A stretch of DNA of 64,000 nt, taken from Nemertoderma westbladi. Its lineage: Eukaryota > Animalia > Xenacoelomorpha. The stretch's first letter is position 1. Each line of letters opens with the position of its first letter. Shown piece by piece: positions 49,301 through 59,191 of the stretch. The DNA lies in assembly GCA_032718475.1 (NCBI GenBank), contig JAUCBJ010006659.1:1-64000 (forward strand). The letters are read 5' to 3'. Both the position numbers and the translations under genes were made by a program. The notes under the pieces were generated by a model. The model did no database searches, had not been told where the DNA came from, and worked only from the letters and a program-made list of their open reading frames with translations.

Positions 49301-50637
49301 GGAAAGTATACCCTTGGTATGGTATAGTCTTGTAGGAACGTCAGTTGGGCTTCCCAGTCCCTCCATCGCTCAGCTAACTTTTCTGGGATGGGATTGTCCC
49401 ATTCCAGTCCGGCTTGCCAAATGCTGCGGAGTATGATCCTAGCATGTAGGATCACTGGACTAATGAAACACAATGGGTCATACAATCGACTCATGGTCGA
49501 TAAGCAAGTCCTCTTAGTGAGAGGTCTAGTCTGGTCGTTGGACCTTACACGTACCCTAAAATTGTCGGTGTTAGGGTCCCAACTAAGTCCTAATACTTTG
49601 GTCGTCGGCAGAGGTTCTAGGTCTAAGTCCAAGTCACCTCCACTGCGATCCATCGGGTCAAATGAGTTCACCAGTTCGGGTTCGTTGGAAGCGAACTTCG
49701 TCAGGTGAAATCCGCCCTCAGCGAGACAATCCTGGAGTTGGTGTGCTACGGTTGTAGCGCGCTCCAAGGTGTCACAACTCTTGAGGCCGTCATCCACGTA
49801 GAAGTCTCGTTCCACGGTCCGAACTACTTCAAGGTCAAATTGGTCTCGTCTGTCCAATGCTGTCTGCTTCAATGCGTACATGGTGCAGTTGGGGCTGTCC
49901 CTGGCTCCGAATACTCTTACCTGCATTTGGTAAGTTTCTGGCGGAAGTTGTAAGTTTCCGTCCGGATACCAAAGAAACCTTAAACTGTCCCTGTCCCGCT
50001 CCAAAGCCTTAACCTGGTGAAACATGGCCTCTACGTCACAGGTGAAAGCCACTTTGCGTTGTCTAAAACGCATTAGGACTCCCATGAGGTAATTATTCAT
50101 ATTCGGCCCGTCCATCAGTTCGCTGTTCATAGACATCCCTTGGTAAAGCGCAGCGCAGTCGTTGACTACACGCACCTTGCCAGGTTTGTCCGGGTGTCGA
50201 ACAAAATGATGTGGCAGGTAATATGTCTGGTCTATGGTTACCTCGGGATTTAACATCCTAATGGCGTATCCCTTTTGGAGATACGTCTGAAGTTGTGCAT
50301 TGTATTGCATATGGGCCATCTCGTCTCGCAACAATCGCTGCCTTATTGATTTGAGTCGCCTCAAAGCAAGCGGGTAATTGTTAACGAGTTTAGGTTGTCC
50401 ATTGCGCCACAACATACCAACCTCATAGTGGCCATTCGCGGTCTGGCGAATGGTATCTCTCATAATATTTAATGACCGTTTTTCCTGTTCTGACATAGCG
50501 GTCTCGTAACTACCGGGTTCTGCTGAGTCCTGTTCCAACCATTGTATGGTCCGTTCAGTCAGCAGTCGGTCAAGCGCTGCTTGCACTGCGCCATGGTCCT
50601 CGTCCACGTCTTCGTCCGCTGCGGTGGCTAGTGTCAA
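46369..50637 (-). CDS. pol: Element C RT-RNase H-integrase (1422 aa), with a PDxS repeat linker
   Basis: YYLPHH, CDVEAMFHQV, YVDD, LHSFSDAS, GIDCFGP, YCDQGTNF, GGIWERL. Confidence 0.95.
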   Translation of the reverse strand: MTLATAADEDVDEDHGAVQAALDRLLTERTIQWLEQDSAEPGSYETAMSEQEKRSLNIMRDTIRQTANGHYEVGMLWRNGQPKLVNNYPLALRRLKSIRQRLLRDEMAHMQYNAQLQTYLQKGYAIRMLNPEVTIDQTYYLPHHFVRHPDKPGKVRVVNDCAALYQGMSMNSELMDGPNMNNYLMGVLMRFRQRKVAFTCDVEAMFHQVKALERDRDSLRFLWYPDGNLQLPPETYQMQVRVFGARDSPNCTMYALKQTALDRRDQFDLEVVRTVERDFYVDDGLKSCDTLERATTVAHQLQDCLAEGGFHLTKFASNEPELVNSFDPMDRSGGDLDLDLEPLPTTKVLGLSWDPNTDNFRVRVRSNDQTRPLTKRTCLSTMSRLYDPLCFISPVILHARIILRSIWQAGLEWDNPIPEKLAERWRDWEAQLTFLQDYTIPRVYFPLQTTFPADLELHSFSDASKDGLGVTLYLRRQVTSDSYDVSLVTSRARTMPLKYMTVPRGELQAGTISTDIVSLVQRELEANLKVTYWTDATLVLWYINNETFEFKTFVANRRAEILDRSLKQDWRHCPGKLNPADIASRGMQPLDFCKPDNKSFWFRGPDFLQRPSDEWPPLFDATTNTIPEGAEIKLDKVVKSKAKANAKVKRKKGRTKSDDLDARPDITPDVSPDTRPDACTNPSPDVPWEISPDVSPDRSPDYSPDYSPEATPDCSPDYSPDCLMELSTECLPDVSPDFPPDISTDCPPDFRPDFEPDFLTEVTLDRLWDRRQDISPDVPRYVSPDVSPDCSPDASPDCLLDTPLEDPLERTFRDLPNLTSLDDRGVATGITLRSKKVLDLPTGKRVTKVRKLTGSQEHTDTVELKPLLPVDTLGADGKGKTIEIDVLGDSDKPTGRPVGLPSPDKYPHYDYTLPDDVTNTYVDRIVNLTRSWTDACRKLAWLKRLRQYARGKRDFPRRLTLKEIGHCEVDIIRHYQLRYFAREFTAIKQVKQIKSSPILSWSPIIYRGLLCHKSRLQNIDFALDFRYPIIIPQHHELQRAMILDAHVQLKHVGRHHCLSHLRSRFVLIRPSKALSSVTRNCIICKKVHARIGHQEMSELPLARLQAFRPPFTETGIDCFGPIIAKRGRVQVKSWGLIFTCMASRAVHIERVTDLTTNAFILALRRFIARRGLVKSIYCDQGTNFVGARNEITRALRKLDQNQNSEELRPHRIVWFFNTPDSPWRGGIWERLIGSIKTAMAKVVPTQHILTDDQLTTLLIEIEAILNTRPIALIPDNNDVQFALTPAHLLMQAPTTLLPISVPVDSDGYGNKAWKITQLLANKFWEIWQKYYLPSISTRTSWYLNTRSLRRGDHVLLAEANLKRRFWLTGVILTTHPTSGVVRTVTVRTIDGRTVDRPVQRLVLLEETRNETGDYKSPPNISK

Positions 50638-53600
50638 TGCGTCTGGTAGGCTCGCAAGCCTTCCGGTGTCACTAACGGCGTCGAATTGTCGTGCGGCGGT
50701 TTGACAACTTCTTGATCTATCGGTAGGCTCGCAAGCCTTCCAAGATCAACGACCGGTGTCGAAGCCTGGTGGGTGGGGTCAATGACCTTCGGATTTTTCG
50801 GTAGGCTCGCAAGCCTTCCAAAATCCTCGTTCATCGAGTCATCCACGGCAACAACCCTTTGGTCTTCAGTAGTCAATACAACCTGGTCTACTGCAAGTAG
50901 TTGTAAGTCAGAGGTCCGTATGGTCGTGTCCAGATCGGTTACGTCAGTATCGGTGGCGTCTGCGTTAGTGACGCAAGTCTGTCGTAGTGCCGTCCGTACA
51001 ATTGGACCACAGGAGTGTGAAGGAGAATTATCTATCGTGTTAGTCAATAAACTACACGTACTCAAAACGTCGTCCTCCTGGTCACTTACCTCTAGTGAAC
51101 GTATTGGTGCTCTAGTATACCAACCTATGGGAGTTCTACATGCGTAGGGGTTGCCGCTGTAATAACAGATGGGCGTGTCTCCCATACCTGATGTAAGTTA
51201 AACTGGTCTGTCCCAATTAACATCGCAATGGAACGATAATTAACAGGACATTCCGGTATTCCAAGGTGTCAGAAATACTTACGATCTTCCGGTGATTGCT
51301 CTGGCACAGGGCCAAGCAAGTTACTAAAGTCCTTCGTAGCTGCAAAGGTCAAATTTCTTACCGGAAGTAATGAGCGCTCCTCCTTGCTGTGTTCCGCTTT
51401 GGAAAGAAGAGTGTCTAAAGTTAGTTTTACTCTCGTCACAGGTATCGCTCTCTTACCATGCATGCTGCTTACAGTATACTGAGCAGTCTTACCTTGACTC
51501 ATGTCCGTAACTACGTCGGCTACTTGTTCGTCGACATAACTATGCGATGACGCAGAGTCTAGGATGGCGTATATACGCTTGCTCCCTCGGGTTCCGGTAA
51601 TCTTTATAGGAATCACGCTAAACCCTTTCAGTTGGTTCTGTGTGAGGAGCGTTATCGATGGCTGTTCCTCACCTGCATGCACGTAAAAGGTGTCGTCTTC
51701 CTCCTCGTCCTCGTCCGATGATCCTGACTGATCCATACAGTCGGTATAAAAGGTACGGATCTCGCGCGGCGCACGCTCCTTATAAAGCGCGTCGCATCTA
51801 GCCGCTTTATCTGGATGCTCTCGTCGAAAGCGTCTGGTCGGAGTATGACTGGTTGTGTGAAGCAACGTGTCATGGTTACGTCCACACAGAGAACATGTAT
51901 CATCGCTCGGGCAATCCTTCCGGACGTGTCCTGGCTTCATACATCTCCAACAGGAATCTAGAGATCGGATTTGGAGTCTCCTCTCCTCGATCCCTAACTC
52001 TTTAAAAGCGCGACATCCACGTAGTTTATGTCCGCCTTGGTTTCTGCCGTTCCGCTTGCAGTATGAGCATCCCACAAAGCCCGCCGGCAACTGTTGTCGT
52101 GGCTGCGTGGTGCCGATAGGCGTCAGAACTTTAGAAGTCTCAGTAGGTGTGGCGTAAGTAATGGCTTTCGCGTTCGTCGGAAATGGTTTAGTCCGATTCG
52201 GCGCAGAAACAGGTATCCCTTCCGCCGCGATATGGTGATCGGTATAGTTCGATCGAGTCTCGATCACGGCCTCCCGTGAAATCAGTTGATAGACATCGGT
52301 GAGTTTTAATAACCCTCCGGCCTCGTCGCGCTGGTACTCGATGCGTCGCCATTCTCTTCGTAGTCGATGGTGAAGTCGACCAATTATTCGAATGAGAACC
52401 ATCGGTGCGTTAGCGTACTCGAGTTGTCCAATGGACCGTAAAGTCCCTATAGCGTTCTTTATTTCGTCCGCGAGTCGTAAAAGGTCGATCGGTCTCGAAA
52501 TGTTGCCTCCTCTGCAGGGGTCTTCGATAATGGATTTAGCCATGGCGACATTACCGCCGTAAATTGAATACAAACGGTCGTATGCCAACTCAAAGGCATC
52601 GGGAACACCAATAAAGGTTTCCGCTAATCGTTTCAGCTCACCAGACAGGACTTGGAGCAAGTAATTAAACTTCTCCGTCGAGGTGAAAGCACACTTAGCG
52701 ATCTGGGACTCTACGTAGTCTACCAGTGTGCGCCAGTGTTTCGCGTTGCCAGAGAACTTCGGCGGTTGCTGTGCCGGTAATCCGTGTCTAGCCGCGAATT
52801 TCGCAATCTCGCTAACCAAATCCAACTGTCCGCATCCCTGTTCGGCGGCGTCGTCCAGTCGCTCCCTTCCGCGCGTTGTTCGTCGGTAGGAATTATTAAC
52901 GGGATCTTCTTCTCGATGTGTCGGAGTCCGTCTAGTCTCCTGTTCTCTCCTCGGTGGTCGATGTTGTCTAGGTTGTTCCAACTCCACGCTGGTTCGTGAT
53001 CGATCCGACGGTTGCGCTTCGAGTCGCTCTTCTATCTGAGCTAGTCGGTCCGCTACAGGTCGCATTATTTCGGCGAGTCTGTTGGTGCTGATCGCTTCCG
53101 CTGGTTGCAACATGGGTTTCTGTTGGGGTGTTTCTCGTGGAGGATTGTCGATATAGGGGTTCGTCGATCGTTCCTCTCGTTTATAATCTTCCGCCGCTCC
53201 AGTACGGAATATTTCCCGTTCCGTCGACTCCGAGTCACTAGATGAGTCGCTGTTGTCCGGATAAGGTGGCTGGCGGGTTCGTGTCCGGCGTATTATTCTT
53301 GGTCTCGTCCGTTGTGGTCCGGAATCTACGGCTCTCCGTTGTTCGGTAGGCTCGCAAGCCTTCCACGAAGTCGTAGGTCTCGCTATACGTTGTCCGATCC
53401 CGTGGGTACTATCCACATCCATCCTCCTCCGTAGTTCGGTAGGCTCGCAAGCCTTCCACGAAGTCGTAGGTTGCGTCGAACATTGTGTCAACGGTCGAGT
53501 GAAATAGTCGGGTTTCGTAGTCGGTCTGTAAATAACTGGATTTGCACAGCACGTCACAGGTTTAACTTGTAATGGTTTACTCACCTGTTTAATGGTCATA

Positions 53601-55258
53601 AATGCAGGTTCCTCTCTTCCTACAAGTAGACTACGACTTACTGTAGGTGGACTAGTTACGTTACCTGCTAAAATTGGCGATGAAGTCGCCCTAGGTTGCG
53701 GTATTTCTGTCACAACAAACCTGTTGCCTTGCGTCGAACGCACAGGCGTTATTTCCTTAGGTTTCGTAACGAAGACCGGTTTCATCGGAGTCGTGGGTTT
53801 GAGCATAGGAATAACTTGGGGAAAACGTTTACAGTAATCCTCGACGAACTCCTCTCCTCGATCTATCGCTCCCACACTTCCTTCCTCGATCCGCTTCTGT
53901 ATTCCGCGATATCGAGCTTCCATACGATCCAGGGCAGACAAGTCGTGTCCAGTTCGCGATCTTATAGATCTATCTCTCGCGTCGAGTTCGAGGTCCGCTT
54001 GCGCGTTCGCTGTCTCGCGCGATCTACGATTCAATTCGAACTGTAGTTGCATCTCCCTTTCACGTCGATCCGCTACTTGTTGTTGTGCCGCTAACTCCGC
54101 TTCCTGTATAGCTAAACGTGCGTTTATTTGTCGCGCCTCCAACTTAGCGCGAGCGTCGGATGCTGCTTTCTTCCGTGCTAATTCGTCGGCTGCCGTCTGT
54201 CGTGCTAACTCGTCCGCTGCTGCTGCCGCGGCCGCTTCTTGCGCTAAGTTTTCCTCTAGTCTGCGCATTTCCGAAGCTTCGAATTCGGCTTGCGCCTTGA
54301 GTTGCGCAATTCTTGCCTCGTCCTCTCTATGTTGTTTCTCTCCCTCGATGGCGATCTGTGCCATCTGGTGTTGCGCTTCTTCCTCGGCGACTTGTTGTCG
54401 GAGTGCAACCTCCTGTTGTTGTCGAGTAATTCCAGACGCTGTTCTACTAACGTCGCCAACGTCGCCAACGTCGCTCCGTATGCTAACGAACGATCTATCC
54501 AGTGGTGGATGTTGGTAGGCTCGCGAGCCTTCCGTAGTGAGACCTTCCGTCGTCCCTCGCGGTTCGACTTCCGGTTCGTCGATCGGTACGCCGCATCTAC
54601 GAAGAAAATTGGTCAGCGTTTCCAACCTTCCGTCCAGGCAGTAGAGTTCTTCTTCCTCTTCGGGTTGTAACAACGCGTCCGAAACTGACTCACCTAGCAG
54701 TTGGTCAAACTGCTCCTGTTGAGCCAATCTTATTACTGACTTAAACTGGATAATGCTTTCTCTCGCACTTACTAATTTATCTACTATCTTTACCTGAGTA
54801 AAGTTGTCGCCACGCAACTCTGCAAGTTCGTGCAAACCTTTAAGTTTATCTACGGAGGCATGTATCCTACTTTCTATTCTTACCTGTAAGGTGTAGAACT
54901 CGTATCTCGACATCGGGGCGGTTAACTCGCGTAAAACGCGAAAACCTTCTCCGAGGTTCCGAGTAATCTGGGCCATGTGTCCTCCTATACTTCTAATAAC
55001 GTTCTCCTGGCTTCCAGTCGAACTTACCATGTCCGGTTCCCGTGATCTAGTCTGCGGGACGGTAAGGAAATCTTCGATTCTGCCGTCGCCACGCGTTGCG
55101 GCTTCCGGTATTTCCGTTCGGGGTACCGGCGACGCAAGCGGTGTGACATCGGTGGAATCTCGGGTTCTCCTTCTTGGTTCGTCTATTGTCGATCTGTCCG
55201 GGTCGCACGAGTCATAGTCGGTAGGTGGGTATCTCGTCGAATGGGGTGTGTCACTCAT
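50634..55258 (-). pseudogene. gag: Element C gag + protease (1329-aa ORF 51269-55258, TGA at 51269, then frameshifts near 51180 and 50670)
   Basis: PKFSGNAKHW DUF1759-like region; knuckles CSYC..H..C, CWRCMKPGHVRKDC, CSLCGRNHDTLLH; ILDSAS; MLIGTD follows the stop in frame. Confidence 0.9.
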
Positions 55259-56210
55259 GTCTTATTATATACGTCAAGTACGGGTAATAAAATGTCAAAG
55301 TGTCTGAATGTTGAAGTGTCAAACTTACCTTGGTATATGTAGTACATATATACCCTAACCGGTACAAATAAATCAACAAGTCAGAATGTCGAAATGTCAA
55401 AATGTCGAAATGTACAAATGTCAAACTTACCTTGATATATATATATATCATATATATACCCTAACCGGTACAAATAAAACTAACAAGGTATATAATAAAA
55501 TAAGTAGTAATCTAGCCTACCGGCTAAATTTGTACGAATAAATGAGATAACGGTATACGTTAACAAAATATAGATCAACAAGTACAAACAATAGGCCAAA
55601 CAGCAACGTCTAACGGGAAAATAAGTACCAACAACACTACTAATAGACAGTGAAACCAACAAATTTTGAGTACTACTGTGCTTTCTTAAGTTTGAACGAC
55701 GCGAGTCGTAAAACTTATGTTCCTTTGATCTTCCAGTCGTACAAATTCCCAAATACAAACCGGACGTGGGTCTTTCCGTTTTTCGGCGGCGCGGACGATT
55801 TTATTGTCTCCCAAACTTTGCGAAAAGCGGTCTAATCCTCGAAGCGGTCCAGAAATGAGTCCTTGAGTCCTGAAAAGGTCGAAGGTGAGAGTTTTACTTC
55901 TACGCTTACGAAAATCTTCCTAGGTACCGATACAAATTGGTCTTTAAACCCTATGTACCTTTTCAAGTACCGAAAAGTAACACCGCACACACACGGCGTA
56001 AAACAAAGTGCTACAAACTAACTGTTAGCTAGTCAAATATTAAATACGAAAGTACTAGCTACCCTAAAAGCCTACTGAAGCAGGGGACGTTCTAAATTAC
56101 TAAAATTACTAACCTTAAATTTTAAATATCTCCTACTTTCAATAGCTAACAATATTTATCTATATCTCACTTTAAATGCGCACGCACTTTCAGTTAAGAT
56201 ATTTAATAAA

Positions 56211-56373
56211 TACTTCCTACTGTAAGGGTAGGAATATTTTACACTACGATAGAAGTACTATACACTAATTTCAGAATTTGTATAATATACTTCCTACTGT
56301 AAGGTAGGAATATTTTACACTACGATAGAAGTACTATACACTAATTTCAGAATTTGTATAATATACTTCCTAC
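56211..56373 (-). repeat. 76-77-bp tandem repeat reiterating the C LTR end + PBS; non-tRNA PBS GTAGGAAGTA at 56364-56373
   Basis: TACTTCCTAC-TGTAAGG occurs at 56211, 56288 and 56364. Confidence 0.85.
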
Positions 56374-58734
56374 TGTAAGGGTCCAGTAGTATACCGCTTA
56401 CCAGATCCTAGTAACGATGTATCTTACTATGAGACTCTAGTAATGTATACGGGCTTGTACAGTATCTGACAACAAATCCCAGTCCAGGATATCTAAACAA
56501 ACAGATACAATACACAAACGACTACTGGCGAGGAACAGAGCCTAGTATCTATTCTATGTACGTGAGCGGGTCTAATGCCTACGTACTAGACAAAAGGATA
56601 CCTGTCCTCTAACCGGTGAGGCAGATGTACAGTTACAGTAACAGACCAAACTCACGGGAAAACAATCCCCGCGCAGCGAATCCTAACTATCACTGACAGT
56701 CCTAAATACAGTAACTTGCCGCAGTGTGATTTATATGGTTTATATACGAACTAGGTGGTTAACAGACCTAGTGTAACAATGCTGATTACCCCTGTCTAAA
56801 TCAGCCTAAAGTCGTGCCTAAATGTAACGATAACTGATCCCCCTGTACGAAATCAGTCTAAAGGGTCAGGCCTAAATGTAACAATACTGCTGGACAGAAA
56901 TCAACAGTTTAATAACGAAAGTGAAATACTCCTTATTGCCGCAACTAAATCAGATCCTAATTTTACAAATACAGATAATTTCTACCTAAAATAATGTATA
57001 GTGCGCTATAGCTAGTAGAACTTTAAGGGCAATATGTTTTAGGGCGTGTGTGTGTGGGTGTGTTACAAATAAAACAATTTCGTGTAATTCCTTTACTAGG
57101 TTTTAGTGATTTTCTGACTAAATGATACCGTGCGCTAGCTACTAAAATAAACTAGTCGCGTTTTGTAGAACTTTATACTCACGAATGACGTCAAAGCTCT
57201 CTCCTTCCTATCCACAACCCAATGGGCAACCACAGTGTTAGTAACTACACCCGTGATCGGCACTAATACCAGATTCTGGTTGTAAGATAAGAATAGGGGT
57301 TAATCGCTACCGTACGTTAGCTGATCTGGTATACTAATTTAATTCTAGAACTTTGTTGCTGCGGTAGTTAGCAGCAATACCTATCAGTACGTGGCAAGGC
57401 GCGGTAGGATATTAATAAACCTCCCTAGGCCAAGCAGTGTGCCGGTAGCAGAAATGCTCCTTGCCTGATCAAATAGCTAACTCCAGACAGGGGGGGGGGG
57501 GTACTAATGTACGTTCTACAAAGCGAACCGGTACCAAACAGTCAGTGCTACGAATCACTAAATTATGGAACATATGCTGTCTGTACCTAATATGTACTCG
57601 CGTACTGACGAATGGCAATAGTTCGCACCTGTAGGAAGTACAGGTTAACCCAGGGGTTCGTAGGACTGACAAAAGGGGGCTGTGTTTCTGTCTGAATATA
57701 ATTATTTGATCCTAAATTTGCGGCGTCCAGTACGGCGTCACGCTTACCCTGATCTATAGGTCTTACGGCGGGCAAGGGCGTCGAACAAAGTCTTACCTTC
57801 TCACAAAGCGGGCGCTGCATGGCAAGTTGAGTATTTCGAAGGGGGCAAAGGGGGTGCGCGGTCGATCCAATGTGGGCGCTAGCGTGTTGTGGACATCTCT
57901 TCCCTGCGTTGCTTACGGCCTAACGGTCTAGGCTGCCATCTCCCTGATGTTTGGCTGTCCCAAAGTTGGACCAAAAGAAAACATGTTCAGGAATTTGCAG
58001 TATATTTACAGTTTTACAAAGGATTTATCAAATAAAGTTTCAACAAGAAACCAAAATAAACTAATAACAATTTAGGAATTTACAAGAGTAAGGTGGTGTT
58101 ATTAGGGAGTTATAAGGTAGTTATAAGGGAGTTATAAGGTAGTTATAAGGTAGTTATAAGGTAGTTATAAGGGAGTTATAAGGTAGTTATAAGGTAGTTA
58201 TAAGGTGATAACCGAAGGCAAACCGGCCTTTTTATACTAAATATTGCACATGGAAACTAAACAGAATTTTCCACAGCTTCACATTTGAGCAATAAAGTGC
58301 TTCGTGCCCTATGATTGGCCCAGCTCATCGTTCAACGCAGTCCGGCCCTTACACTAATCTGGGACATGGAATCCTAACAGAATTTTCCACTGCCTCACAT
58401 TTGAGCAATAAGATAATTTATGCCCTATGATTGGCCTGGCTCATCATTCGCTACGTTGTACGCTTCTCATTGGCCTACCAATTAGCACCAAACGAAAATA
58501 AATGGCCCCAAAATACAAATTTCCCGACTGGGATTCGAACTCGTAACCTATGTAATGTAACCAACGCCTTAACCATCTGACCACTACGCCACGAGAGTAC
58601 CTAAGGGTTTTATGTGTACAAATATGAATAGGCATATTACATTACTGTAACTCAATCAAAATACGTCGGATTTTCGAAAGTTTTTACGTTAAAGTTAAAC
58701 TACAAATGCTATCTTATAGTGAAATAATTCATCA
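56374..58734 (-). repeat. Element C 5' LTR (2361 bp)
   Basis: Only a handful of differences from 38901-41260 seen by eye. Confidence 0.95.
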
Positions 58735-59191
58735 GTTGAAGAGCCGGATAAATGCAGCGACTTCACCAAATACCTGGAATTCTTGAGAGAAACCTATCTC
58801 GATATTACCAGTCAACAGAATCTAGAAACTCGATATCCTCAAGGTATACATCATGACCGCATGGTAGAACTCAAACGGCTCTATTCCACTATGATGTATC
58901 TTACCGCCGATCGACCGCTACCTGTTGTACCGGATAGCTTCGAACAGATGGAGGAATATTGTAAGCTGTAAGCCTACACCTTCTGATGCAATCATATTGC
59001 ACCCTTCACCCAGGAGTTATAGCCCTCCTAGTAAAGTGGCTCCCCCCAAAGAGAAAGGGACTCTTGCTAGCTTTAAAAAACTGCGTAAACGCCGTCCACG
59101 CAAGACAGACTAACTGTTTAGAGTATTTTTATATTTTAGAAACTGTGATTTTTTATATTTTATAGAATTAAATCCCATTTTCTGGGAGTGG

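Larger units (their letters stand above)
38901..58734 (-). mobile_element. Element C: full-length BEL/Pao LTR retrotransposon (19.8 kb), youngest-looking
   Basis: TSD GTTGA at 38896-38900 and 58735-58739; near-identical 2.36-kb LTRs; gag-pol plus ORF3. Confidence 0.96.
38515..59113 (+). pseudogene. B2 ORF3, split by element C (38515-38900 and 58740-59113), with a premature stop and an ~850-bp internal deletion
   Basis: Matches B1 29051-29435 left of C, and 29436-29657 then 30503-30643 right of C. Confidence 0.82.

Noticed and set aside
11887-55217. Numerous 60-220 aa ORFs antisense to gag/pol
   Set aside because: Shadow ORFs of long coding regions, with no recognisable motifs.
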